A DNA stretch of 61,063 bases, the filler included, from Sphacelaria rigidula (taxonomy: Eukaryota): assembly GCA_964200075.2 (NCBI GenBank). It is 8 parts of 8 records of this genome, joined end to end, with 100 filler letters (N's around TTAATTAATTAA, not from the genome) between each part and the next. Parts side by side here need not be neighbours in the genome. Positions count along the whole stretch, not along the records: positions 30,584 to 38,128 come from CAXNAA020014403.1; positions 38,229 to 45,773 come from CAXNAA020014404.1; positions 45,874 to 53,418 come from CAXNAA020014405.1; 5 more parts are not named here. One strand, 5' to 3'. Under the pieces are notes generated by a model, which did not search any database, had not been told where the DNA came from, and saw only the letters and a list, made by a program, of their open reading frames with translations. The position numbers and the translations under genes were made by a program. Of this stretch, positions 36,690 through 49,270 are shown in pieces. Positions within the stretch are counted from its first letter, which is position 1; each line of letters begins with the position of its first letter.

Positions 36690-38045
36690 GGTCACTTCTT
36701 ATGTATCAAGACAAATAAGGTCTCATTGAAAACTGCCTGTTCGGCCCTTCTCCGTAGTTGTACGCCTGAAGAGACGGCTAGGCGGAGTTTGGCCCCTTGG
36801 AATGGCTTGCTCGACTCGTTAAGGCCATTCCAGGGCACCTTTTCGTTTTCTGGCGGTCAAAGTTTTTTTGTTGATGTTGGCCAAACTTGCATTTTCAATA
36901 GCAAACGGTCAAGTTATATAAAAACAGGGGGGAAATTGCCAGTTTTTTTACAGCTTGACCGTTTGTTATTGAAAATGCAAATGTGGCAAAGGAAAACTGC
37001 GGCCATCGGAAAACGCAAAGGTGCCCTGGAACGGTCAAAACGGGTGGAGAAAGTCATTCCAAGGTGTTGACATCCGCCTAGCCCTTTCTTGAGGCGTAGA
37101 ACGACGGGGAAGGGCCCAACAGGTGGTTTTCAACAAGATTTACTTTTTTTGTTTCTGGCATATAAGAAGTGGCCTAACTCCTTGTTATGGCAAACAAAAG
37201 GATACACTGTAAGAATGCTTCTTTTATTCTTCTTCGCCGTTTTACGCCCGAAAAGAGAGCTAGGCGGAGTTTGACACCTTGGACTGACTCGCTCTACTCG
37301 TTGAGACCGTTCTAGGACAACTTTGCGTTTTCCGGTGGCCGCAGTTTTTTCTGGCCAAACTTGCATTTTTGTCCAAGAACGGTCAAGAACGCGGTCATAT
37401 CTGGAAAAAAACGCCGTTTTCTCTGGACTTGAATTCTCTGGGCAAAAATGCTTACTTGTTTGGTCAAACTAAAAACTGCGGCCACCGGAATACGAGGAAA
37501 TGTCCTGGAACCGTGTCAACGAGTAGAGCAAGCCATTCCAAGGTGTCAAGCTTCGCCTAGCCCTCTTGTCGGGCGTAAAATGACAAAGAAGGGAACCAAA
37601 CAACGCTTCTATAGGCAGGACTGTTTCGCTTGCCATAAGGTCGCTTCTTATGGTCAACAAAAAAAGTCCTCTAAAAATGCTGCCTGGGCCCTTCTTCGTC
37701 ATTTTACGTCCTAAAAGAGAGCTAGGCAAAGTTTGACTCTCTGGAATGGCTTGCTCTACTCGGTGACGCGGTTCCAGGACATCTTCGCGTTTTCCGGTGG
37801 TCGCAGTTTTTATTTCAACCAAACAAGCATTTTGGTCCGGAGGCGGTCAAGTCCTCCCCAAAATGGCATTTGTTACTGGATTCGACCGTTCTTTACCGTT
37901 CTTGGACAAAAGTACTTGTTTTGCCGCAAATAAAAACTGCGGCCACCGGAAAACACAAAGATGTCCTGGAACCGTCTCAACGAGTAAATCATTCTGAGGT
38001 GTCAAGCTCCGCCTAGCTCTCTTCTACGGCGTGAAACGACGAAGG
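36686..38045. mobile_element. Three tandem foldback (palindromic) MITEs
   Basis: CTAGGC(GG/AA)AGTTTG near 36778, 37260 and 37722, with inverted CGCCTAGC near 37075, 37555 and 38010; units joined at TAA/TTA. Confidence 0.85.
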
Positions 38046-41000
38046 AGTCATCCTACGATGGGGGGGGGGGGGGGGATTTTGGGCCATTTTTTGCTCGAAA
38101 TTTCGGGTCCGGTCGTCGTTGAAAGCAGNNNNNNNNNNNNNNNNNNNNNNNNNNNNNNNNNNNNNNNNNNNNTTAATTAATTAANNNNNNNNNNNNNNNN
38201 NNNNNNNNNNNNNNNNNNNNNNNNNNNNAAGCAGAGGAGGGCCACATGAGAACCGGAGTGATCGATGTGCACTTTTGAGCGTGCGTTGCGCTGAAGAATT
38301 TTTTGATCGATAAATCGCAACGCTGACACGAAGGTTGAACATGGTGGGGTGTAGAGAAAACGTCGATGCTGTGCTGCGTTGTGGTTGTGAGCGTTCACAA
38401 TACCTTGCAAATGGTTGTCAACCTTCTCGGAAGGTCAACCCACGTCGCACATGGTACGGCGGGAACGCAGAAGCATGTACACAAACAGCGGCAGGAGACA
38501 TGATATTTATGGACACCACTGACTGTTGCAGTCGTGCAGTACAGGAAAGAGAGCAATTCGTTCGTCAGTCCGGACAGCTGCGCATTTGGGGGGCAATACA
38601 CTACAGAAAACAGTACAACATCATGTACCCTTTGAAAAATTTACTTGGCAGTCGTGTGGCTGCACCTGGCACAGGCGGTACCAGTGCCCCGCCCCCCGCC
38701 CCCTGCACACTTGGCCCCTGCATGAAGTCACGGCATGTATAGGACTGCTGTTTGTACTGACCTGTACTGTCCGAAGGTGTCAATCGCTGTGGGCGTGTAT
38801 CCCGCCAATTATTCTACAGCAGCTTCACTGCGACATCGCACCGCCAGGGAGCTGGGCGGTCATTCACGGACATGCTGCAACAACTTTGTATATAACAAGT
38901 GCACAAGCTATGTTGAATCATCCTCCTACAGCAATGGAAGAAAGATGCCTTACTTCACGGCAAGCGAAGGGAAGAAAAGTGTATGGTGCCTCCGGCATTA
39001 CCCGCCCGTTTCAGAAGTAACGGTTCAAACATTTCGGGCAAAACATGATCGGTAGACGATATTCACATCAAATGCTATACTTTTCATCGTGTTAAATTTT
39101 CCGAAAACATCACCAACTGTGCATGTTTCCGGGTACTGCATCGCCGGTGCACGGCCGACCACAGCAGCCAACTGGTGATGATAGTAACTGCCGACCTTTG
39201 GGGTCCTAGAGAGATGATTGCAGTCTGGGTCTACAGCGCTAAGTAGTGCTCTCATATACTCTTCCAGGTTACACCAGTAAGCCCAGCAACCCTTCCGGGA
39301 GCCAAGCAGTGTCTCAAGGCTCGCGAAATGATGACCGGACACGACCAGGATTAGAATCGCGCGGTTTCGACGGGCCCTCAAGGCAATGTTATGTTGTTCT
39401 GTCATAGAGTATATCTTACAAAATAGCGTGCCTAATGTACACACCGGTATGTTACCCTGCACGGCAGTGTCCGTTCTACACGCCAATTTGGTAGCATGGT
39501 ACACACCATTTTCCTGTACGGCATATAAAAGCGGCCGTTTTGTTCTCTAGGATTGCCAGTCCAAGAAAAAAATGCGAACATTTTCTCTGACGATTGTGTC
39601 AGGCTAGAGTGCAAAAGGGTGAGGTCGACACCAACCGCGTGCAACTTCATGAGTGCGAGAAAGCGCAGTGTTGAGACTGTGGTGCATGCTATGGGATGAC
39701 TGCAGCAGCTGCTCTGCTGCCATGTACTTCCTGCCCAGGTTTCCATTCGGCCACTCGAAAAATTTCACCCCGCACGGTTACCCAGATGAAACATAAGTAA
39801 CATGCACAAGCCGGAATACTTAGATTAAATTACAATATATACGGATGGGCATATCCACGTCCACTGAGAGGGTGCGCTCCACTGTAGTCAGTACAAAGTT
39901 GGACCAAGTCCGGACCGTTATTAGCGCAGACTACGAAGGCGTCGCCGGTGCCAGGGGGTGCCTGTCTCGGTACACACGCCTTTACAGCGGAGATGTCTCC
40001 TACGCCCATGACCTCCGCACAAAGCTGCTCCCGCAGTCATGACCGAGATGCGATACATGGAGAATGAACAACGTGCTCTGTGTGCACTGCACTGTACCTG
40101 ATCGTCTTTGTTGCTGCTGCATGCCGCTTGGCAAAGTTGATGGACGTGACCTGGGGGTGCTTGCCTCCGAGGGCGGCGCGAAGGCCATTGGCGACCTTTT
40201 GTTGTTCAGGGTATTCCAGGCGAAATGTAACGATAGCGTTGGGAACACGACGTGATGCAATGGTCACCACACGCACACGTGTAAACGCCGGGGATACTGG
40301 CTGCGCTATGCACTAGTCGCCAAGACGCTTGTGTCTTGTCGTTGTTTCCGGCTATACAGCGGGAGCAGACCTCACTTGTTTGTACACTCACGTTTACGGA
40401 GGGGCCCAGAGATCTTTTTATTGCATGCTGTATAAACAAATACAGGGTACTTCAGTATGGGATAACTTTATGAAGGGAAAACGCGCTCGTACTACAGTAA
40501 TCATGGCGGATGAAGGAGCATCACAGACGCGACGAAGGTAGGAGAACAGGACACCTCGACGGACGCGCACAAAAGTAGTGGGCGTACAACAGCCTCCACC
40601 ACTCATGGTTCATTTCTTTATGCTTGTTTCTTGCCTGGCATAGCTCATGATGGTCGCGCCGCAGCACTCTCTGCCTTTGCCTCAAAGCTCCAAAAACAGC
40701 TGCTTCCGCTATGCCCTCCTGCTTTCCTCTTCGCCCAGTTCCCGTTGGTTTTCAAAATTTACTTCGGTCCTAGTGTGTGTCGGTTGGTTGGACAACGAAA
40801 CAACACAATTGATATGTAATCGCAGGTCGCGTGGTGGACACGGGGGCGCGACCGGACGATAAACTCGCCCGGTAATGGCTTTGCTTGAACCACAAATAGA
40901 TGGCGTCGTGGAGCTGATAATAGCCAGAAGCACAGCCACTGTCTGTTTTATCTCGTCTGAGTATACACTACTGTAACCAAATTGCAAAAGTCATCAACGG

Positions 41001-41320
41001 CTGTTGCCACGACTCGAACACGTTATTATTCAACATGGAGTATGACGGATAAAAGTGTCATTTGTCTTGTTGTGCAACGTATCACATGGACAGCTTTACG
41101 TATGGTACTTCCTGTACACTCCTCTGATGTTGTCGTTAGGGAACGAGGCGGCCTCCGGTAAGAGTTGAGCTAGTATCACCGATACCGTACGGATGGTCTT
41201 GCCATCATGACTGCCTCAATATTATTGGGCGGAAGAGCTTCCGCACTGGCGTTGTTGTTGGTGCTGTTTGCTGACCTGCCCAGTCCGTCAGCGCCGTTTC
41301 ATTTTCCGCTACGGACACAG

Positions 41321-41644
41321 ACCCGAGCTGAGTCCAGAAGGAAGGGAGAGCCCCTTCGGGCCTGTGCCGTGAGATGCGCGACTGTGACACGGAAATTTTC
41401 CAAAGACAGTGTAGCTGGTGATGGCGAGAAGCACGTGCTGGGAGTGCCCATCATAGCAGGAGATATCGTACTTTCGGATTGGGTTGATGAGTTGCCGAGT
41501 GTGGAGGAAAGCATGCGCGACGCTGGGAGTATGGAGTTATTACAGAAATCTAGCGGGCGGGGATCAAGCAGGCTGGGAGTGGATGACGATAACACGGAGG
41601 GCGATGATGACAGTACGCCGTTCAGGTTCCAGCAGCTCATTCAG
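41321..41644 (+). CDS. EF-hand protein, exon
   Basis: cag|TRAESRRKGEP...TPFRFQQLIQ|gtgatc; 324 nt, phase 0. Confidence 0.65.
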
Positions 41645-42344
41645 GTGATCGAATTGCTGTGGGTAGCGCCGCGGTGAACACGTACCCTACCGATGGAAGA
41701 ACTTCATTGAATTGAGTTGCACATCGCGGTGCGAGGTGACGAAAACCTCAAAACGACAGAACGTCATCGCGTCATCAGCATGCCGATTCTTCCGTTGTCA
41801 CTGGGGTCATGATGGAATGGCACCCAAATGTGCTGGAGGACTGTACAAGAGTACTACTGTAGTGTTTCGCACCGTCAGTTCTACGGTAACGTTCAGCATT
41901 CGGTTTGTTCACGTTGTGAGTAGCGATCATTTGCACTTCCCGTCCGCAGCAAGCACGAGGCATTACTGTACTGATGTGCTTTGCTGTGCTGTCTTCTCCA
42001 GCATCGGATAGCTGAGAAGAGCGGGATCTGCCACAGCACACTTTGTTCCTCACCATTCAACGGTGTACTGGTGTTGTATTGCACTACTGTATCCTAGCGT
42101 CCTGGCGGACGTGTCGAGTCGTGGACGAGCCTCACTGTTTGTGACTCTGCTACCGTTCGCCGTTCATATTTATCGCCATGTGGGTATCACACACACATTC
42201 GAATCAGTTATAATAGCTGCAGGGGAATCGTTGAATCGGGAGCAAGAAGTCGACGCTATGAAGCGTTCGCTACTACTGTAGTAACTCGGTCCTTAAATGG
42301 TCGCCTCCCTGAAACTTGGTTTCTGTAACTTATGGCACTGACAG

Positions 42345-42494
42345 CGCATGTGGGCAGAGCTGAGCCGGAACGACCAGCTCGCTTATTTAGGCTCGGAGGG
42401 ACAGACAAGGGTGAAAAGTGCACTGACTGTCCTTGGAGCCTACGGTGCTCTTCGCGAGCACCCGTTCCAGGCGGGTATGAGTAGCCCGCAGCAG
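42345..42494 (+). CDS. EF-hand protein, exon
   Basis: cag|RMWAELSRNDQLAYLGSEGQTRVKSALTVLGAYGALREHPFQAGMSSPQQ|gtgaga; 150 nt, phase 0. Confidence 0.75.
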
Positions 42495-42748
42495 GTGAGA
42501 GTTGTTTATTGACTCCAGGCCCGTCTTCGACTCAATCGTACTCCTACAAAACTGATATTCGGATCATGATGAGGTATCGAGCGCCAATGCCGACGTTCAT
42601 TTTGCGGTGATTCGGCTCCGCCTCTCCAGACAGGAGCTACGTTAGCTGTTACAAACGCAGAAAAGGTGTAGCTTCAGCACTTTCGACGCGTATCGCCACG
42701 TTGCACGTTCACCCCATCCCCCTCGTGTTTTTCGCGAACAATCCCAAG

Positions 42749-43581
42749 GCATTCCTTGAGATGGATATCAACCGAGACGGTGAGGTGTCCTTCGACGAGT
42801 TCGTCCGCTGGTACTTGATGAGTAGCGCGGTTCAGCCAGACGAAAGTCTACAGCCGCAGGAGCAGTCGACACAGCCGGCCTCTGGTCAGCCAGCAGGTAC
42901 CAAGGCTGACATCGCCTCTGTAAATGATCGAGCGACATCTCCCTCTTCCTCCGAATCGCCCACAACAAACTTGATGACACCGGCACCCACCGCGGGTGTA
43001 AGCGGCTCTAAAACTGACGGCGCATCCCGCCTGATGGCGGATCTCGAAGGGCTAACTCGCGCGATTCGCCCGCGCGGTCAAAACGCCGTTGGTGCACTAA
43101 CCAACAACCAGCCACCACCGGTGTTGTCGGGTGAGAGGGTACAACAGCGCTCTGCTGCTTCCGTAGTCACTGGCTCTCAGGGCGGTCGTGGCCGGCACTC
43201 GCCACCAGGCGCCGCTGCCACTGACCATGTTGATACCCACGGCGGTGATTGGCCCGTCGTGCTGGCCCCAACGGCAGTATCCTCGTGGTCGGTGGAGGAT
43301 GCGTCGGGGCGCAGGGTTGCCACCGACGCCGAAAAGGATGCATTTCGAGAGCGGTGGCTTGCAGGTGGGACGGTGAGTGGGAATACCGGGGCGCTAAGGG
43401 TCCCGACGAGTTTTCCCGATGCTTCAAACGAAGCAGGAGTTACCGGCGGCGGCAGATCTGCCGCAGAAGAGGACCTAGAAAAAGCGATGGAATTGCTGAG
43501 TCTGTTGGTGAAGGCTAATGCTGACGCGGATACGCTGATTGCTGCGCTCGCGAGTCGCATGATCCGCAATCCAACCGGGAG
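42749..43581 (+). CDS. EF-hand protein, exon with a canonical Ca2+-binding loop
   Basis: aag|AFLEMDINRDGEVSFDEFVRWY...; DxNxDGxVxxxE EF-hand loop; ends ag|gtgaga (phase 2). Confidence 0.85.
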
Positions 43582-44416
43582 GTGAGAAAGAGTATTTTTA
43601 CTCGTCATTTAAGGGTTTCTGCTTTGGTTGGAGTACAGTTTACTTGCCCTTCCAGTGGGGCATCGTCGCGTTTTCGCGAAATATGACTGTCGAGGAAGTT
43701 CAAGTTATTCCTGTAAAGTACAACGACTCCGTTTCAATCACGTGAGGTGTCTTCTACGACGTCCGGTTGTAGTATCTTGTTATCCTCGCGGCTGATCCAC
43801 CAAGAAGTTAAAAACCTCACCGGACGTGATACCCACTCCCATATAGCACTTTTAGTGCAAGGACGCAGCATACGACAGACATCCGATGTGGACCGGTACA
43901 CGAGACAAAGCCTCGCTCGGATAGTCGTTTGTCCACGCAGTTTTGGGTCCCACGATGGTCACGAGTCTCTTCTGCAAGTCCGCTCGTTCACTTGTTGCCA
44001 TTCGAGTATGTTTCACCAAAAGATGTGCTAGAAGTATCAACTGACCGTACGCGGCTCCTTGCCTCATCGCAAAAATACAAGGGAATTCGATTGCTGAAAC
44101 CCGGGTTCGTCAGGTTTTGCTTCTCATTCATCCTACGGCGGAGAGACCCGGGGGGGAGGGAGGTTGACCAAATGGTCCCCCCGTAAAAAACAAATATGAA
44201 ATGTTTCTTGAGGCGGTTTTTTTATTTTTTTTCAACGGCTGTTGTGTTGATATTCATCGAGGTGTCGGTAGCTTGACGCTCAACCCCCGCGGAAATACAC
44301 AGGCGAAAGTTCACATTTATACCCCACACCCATCGGCGAGCTCCGCCGTTTCGACCAACAATTTATTCGCTCACTTGCCGTGGGACGTGCCTTCCGTCCG
44401 TTTTGCACCTTTCAAG

Positions 44417-44540
44417 GTACAACCTGGAGGTGATAGAGGAACAATTCGGGCCCATCATTCGCGGCATAGTGGAAGACAGGCTATTGCTCGAACGGTTGCC
44501 TGAGCCGGTGTGCGCTGCAAACTTTGTCGCCATCCGGCAG
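44417..44540 (+). CDS. EF-hand protein, exon
   Basis: aag|g YNLEVIEEQFGPIIRGIVEDRLLLERLPEPVCAANFVAIRQ|gtaagc; phases 2 to 0 fit. Confidence 0.78.
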
Positions 44541-45043
44541 GTAAGCTGAGGCAAGTTTATGGATCGAGAACATCGTATGGGTATTGGGAGTAGCATGTGC
44601 TGAAGGTATCGGCTATGAGACTCCGACTGTGGTACTGCACCTGTTCGAAATTGGATATTGCCGTGCCTATGCTTACTTTTCTGGCAAAACCTGTCCTTGA
44701 AAAGATCGTGTGGCATACGCCAGGAAGGCTCAGCGCGTGAGTGCTGCAAATGGAAAGGTTCTGCCCACAACAACAAATGCAACACACTTGATACGCCACC
44801 GCCTGTTCGTATCAAGCACCCTCACTCGAGCGATATACTTTGCGCTCGGTTCTCATGAGTATCCTCTCGCTGTGCGTTGCCGTGAAAGATTCTTCCCGTC
44901 GATCATCATTTTTCTGCACCAATCCTCCCGCGATCCGTCCGACGATTTTGTGTTGCATTCCCTGACTGTTTAACCTACCATCAAACACGTGTTCCCTGCG
45001 CGCCTGTATCACTGCTGCACATCGTCTGCCTTGCTCTCCGTAG

Positions 45044-45109
45044 TCCCGTGGACTCAAGGCTGTTCTGGACCTCGATGACCACCATGCTAAAGTCGTGAGG
45101 GAATACATG
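45044..45109 (+). CDS. EF-hand protein, exon (gene continues beyond piece)
   Basis: tag|SRGLKAVLDLDDHHAKVVREYM|gtgagt; 66 nt, phase 0. Confidence 0.7.
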
Positions 45110-45394
45110 GTGAGTAAATGCTACGCTCGTCGCCCAGTCTATAAACAAGACAGTGCACTCTCGATCGCCTCGTCTCGGGCGGCCGCTCTACCTTTTGGGG
45201 CTTCGACCCCGTCTTTGTGGAGGATACGGGGGTAGGTACGATAGTAAGGCAACAGAGGAATTTCCGAACCAAGTTTCCGTGAAGAAGGGAGATACTGAAA
45301 GAAGTCCCCGGTTGGTTCGTGCGACACGCCTCTGTTTTTGTGGATACGAATACTGTCACGATGAAGTTTGAATTTACGTGAAACTCAATGTTAG

Positions 45395-45773
45395 CCCCCC
45401 CCCTCCCCCCCTGCGTAAGCTAGGCAATCAGGCTACCGTTTTTTTTTGCGGTAACCATGATGGTGGTTGAGCTACATCACATTGTGCGGGGTTGGAGAAC
45501 CTCAACTCAGCGCAAAGGAGATGATCATACTATGATACGTGTTTACATAGTGAGACACCCATGAGGCAGCGTATAAGCCGTGGCTGTCTCTGCAAGTGGC
45601 AATATCAGCAAATGAAGCAATTGATTGAAGGCTGTCGTCCAAATGCAAGATGATGAGTACGCGGGAACAATCTTAGCAGGATGCAGCTCACCCCTCATAC
45701 GACTCGCCAAATACACCACGACGCTTCGCGCTTGGTGGTTTGAGTGCGAGCCTGGTCCGGCGAAAACCCGGCA
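45395..45773. mobile_element. Family M1 copy, truncated
   Basis: C-run followed by the internal M1 sequence cgtaagctaggcaa...cctggtccggcgaaaacccggc. Confidence 0.75.
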
Positions 45774-48700
45774 NNNNNNNNNNNNNNNNNNNNNNNNNNN
45801 NNNNNNNNNNNNNNNNNTTAATTAATTAANNNNNNNNNNNNNNNNNNNNNNNNNNNNNNNNNNNNNNNNNNNNTCCACGGGGTATCCACGCAACTTTTGC
45901 GCCATTCCACGTGTCTGGGCTGCGTGTACCTGGGTTGCAACGCTGAAAATAAAGCCTAGGGATTGATTCGTACGATTCGCTTAAACCATACTAAAACCAA
46001 GTAATTTACAGACGAATCGTTATTTGTCCGACCCTTAAAATATTGAGCGCGAGGCTGGGATCTGCTATGGAACATCAGTATGGTTAGGTGTGAGGCTTTG
46101 GTGATCAGTGGAAACTACCAGTTCGTCCATTCAATAATTTTTAGCGCGTGTTGCTTGCTTGTTGTCTGTGTTTTGCTTGAGTGCGAGTCGATACGCGAGA
46201 GATTCGACTTAGTTCTGGAGATGTGTAGAACCAAGTAAGTCGCCACTAAAACTGACGGGGTGGGCAACCAGTCTGCGACTCATGTGCGACGTACAGTAGC
46301 ATGGGCTGATACTTTTTTACCTCACGTATCACCGTCTCGCTACTTCCCATTTTTTAAAGGTCATTATTCGCCATAGACCGGCCCCGAGCAGGTGTGTTGT
46401 TCGTAGAGTCCAGATAGCTGAAGAATGAATTTCTGGTGGTCAATAACAAATAGAGATATGCCGGGCAAGCACGAAAAATATATCTTCGCCGCATGGTATT
46501 CCGTCTTTTTCATCTGTTGCTGGCTCTACCTAGTGTTAATGTTGTGAATTGCATTGCTTATCCATGTTTTTTTTTGCACGTGCGCAGCATTAACGGAAGA
46601 CAAGCGCGCCAGTGGTGCGGCCCCGGCGGGAGGCATTGCGTTGATCCTCGGGTGGACCAGCATGGCATTCCTCAGGCGTTGATCTCATCCCTGTATTTTC
46701 CTGTCGGTTTGATGCATGGCTTTGAAAGCATTTGAGACATGCCTTTTCGACTTTTGGGAGGGGGTCTGTACCCCTATGCTCGAAGCATCGCCTTTCATTA
46801 TTGTGAACCATACTTCTCCGGTTTTTTGGAAGTATCGCGCTTGAGTGTCATGGAACATCATCTTCTAGCTTTTGGAAATGTCGTATTGCGTGCTCCGGGG
46901 TATGTTGTGTTTGTTGGAGTGTTTCCCGTCATTCTGGAGTACACCTTCCCACGTTTTGGGGGTTTCGTTCTCCAATCACACCACTTAGTACAGGTGCGAT
47001 GTGTCGCGATGCAGCCCTGTCGTTGAACTTCCACATGCTAGACTCTCCAAGAGTTTAGCGGCATCATTTTGACTTGCTACCCTTTGAACAGCGAAGTTCG
47101 AGGTTTCGAGGTAATTGGTTGCTCAGTGTTCGTCAGTGCGTTGTTTGCCATCTTCACCCTCGTTTGGAGGGGTCAAGTTAGCATGTTTTAAGGTCGGAGA
47201 TTGCTCTTGAGCTTCCTGTCGCACCGGCGTGACGACGGCGTGGGTTGCCATCACTCTTGTAATTGAGGCAATGTCTCCTGTGGTGGTCAAGTGTGCGCCA
47301 CTCCCTGTCGAACTCATCGCGAGGACGTTCGGCGCTTCGACGGCCTTGCGGCATTTTGCTCCGTGTGCGTATGTGTAGATTGCGAGGTCATCGTAGCAAG
47401 TAGGCGCACTTGTGCTCGCTCATAGTCTCACGTACTGGGCCACAGCTGCAGCAGTTCCGTCTTGTAGTGCAGAGTGGGGCTGTTTATCGAGCGCCCAAAT
47501 GGCCCGTGCTTGAATATTTGTGGAGCATACCTAAACCTCTGTCAGGCATAGGTCGTCACTTCTCGCTCGAGGGGTCGCGCCCATGTACAGCCAGCCGAAG
47601 AGGCGGCGCGGGTGCTATGCTCTTGAGCTGGGGATGAATTCAGAACAGTGTTTCCTAGCAACTCCTTGGAAAAAAAAGACATTGGAGACGCTGCAACAAA
47701 CGTGCAGTCCAAGCAGAAAAACTTAATGGCTACTCACGGCACCTTTCTTCAAACGCGGCATGCCATTGGGAAACATGAGATGGGACGAGGCTAAGAGCCT
47801 TGCTCATGACGATGGCTCGCAGTATCGTTTTGTACTGAGTAGTAAAAGTTATGTAGGAATCAACGTGCGGCATTCAATGGGGCTCCGTTTCTTGGCCCAT
47901 TCTGTTTTGTCCATTCAAGGCGCATAGTTCCTCCTTGATATGTAGTACCTAGCTTTCTCATTCACGTGTTTCTTGATAGCGGGCCATGTGTGAACTCCCA
48001 TCCTCATATTTCGCCATCGGTTGGGGCGAACAAGGGAGCACAATAGCACGCAGGCAACGGCGAGTAATCAGTACACTACCGGGGCACATGATGCGTGATG
48101 GTGTGCTGCGTGAATTTCTTCGATGTTGTCCACTTTGATTTATTTATTCCTAGCCCGATTGAGTGAAACGTGACGTACCATCAAAGCCCATAACGACAAT
48201 GATGCTCAGACAAACGTAAGTGCTGCTGGTCAGACCACAGCATCCAGGACAATACTGGCGAGGGCATTTGGATAGGTGGGTGTGGGCGATCCCATGAGGC
48301 AATTGTCAGGAAATGTGGAGCTTTCTCGGGTTGATCTGTGTGTGACCCACCTTCCCTCCAGAAATATAGGCAGTGTTGTACTCCTCGCACCGTACATGTA
48401 CCGGGAGAGCGGGGTGCAGTCGGTGAACGGGCACTTTGGGAGGCCCAGCTAAAGCTCCCGAGCAGTGGGCGGTAAAATACGAAATAAACGCTGATCAGCC
48501 GACTCGCGCCGAACCCTTGCTGTTCAACTGGTGCATCATCGATCAGTTTGGGCAAAATAGTGGATTCGAATCCGGACAAAAATGGTGTATCTTACTGATT
48601 TCCGTCGCGTAAAGTGAGAAAGTGCTTGAGTCAACGTAGTAGTAGATGAAAGTCGACGACCTGCGGCAGTGCTGATGCAACGCTCGAGAGCAAACCGCAA

Positions 48701-48799
48701 GGCAGGTACCGAGGGAGAGATGGATTGATCCGTGGAGATGATGAACTCATCTCAGGGAGGATGGGGTGAGGGGGGGAGAGACTAATTACCAGGAGAGGG

Positions 48800-49270
48800 G
48801 TTAAGGCCGTTGGTCTTGCATCCCTACAAGCCGGGACGGAGAACGCCAGGTTTTCGCCGGATCATGCTCGCAGTCACCAAGCGCAAAACGCCATGATGTG
48901 TCCGGCGAGTTGCATGAAAGGTGATTTGCATCCTGTAGAGATTGTTCGGCCCGAAACATACTATAATCTCGCATCTGGCTGACAGCCAGGAGTGGGTTGT
49001 TTCGTTTTCTGGCATCACCACTTCAACTTCCAGAGATAGGCACGGATAACACTCTCTCGTGGGTGTCTCACCATTTGGATAACTACGTAGTACAATAACC
49101 CCCTTCGCGCGGAGTTACAGGATATCCATCTCGCCCAATATGATCTAGCTCGATCACCATCATGGCTACCTCAATAAACCGCCAGTTGAAAACAAACGGT
49201 GACCTGGTTGCGTAGCTTACGCATCGATTTACTTGTTTTATAGCATCGTTGCCAACGGACTCCAACCCTA
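48800..49270. mobile_element. Family M1 copy, opposite orientation
   Basis: Reverse complement aligns to about 9137-9620 (ggtgagacacccac..., ccggcgaaaacctggcg). Confidence 0.7.

Noticed and set aside
25856..45109. Kinase gene nested antisense in an intron of one large plus-strand gene
   Set aside because: The 25856 exon, the kinase and the EF-hand exons lie in three different pieces separated by artificial spacers.
46400..48200. Possible second, highly decayed gag-like region on the minus strand
   Set aside because: Only faint fragments (e.g. TWPAIKKHVNEK) with many stops; cannot be supported without a search.
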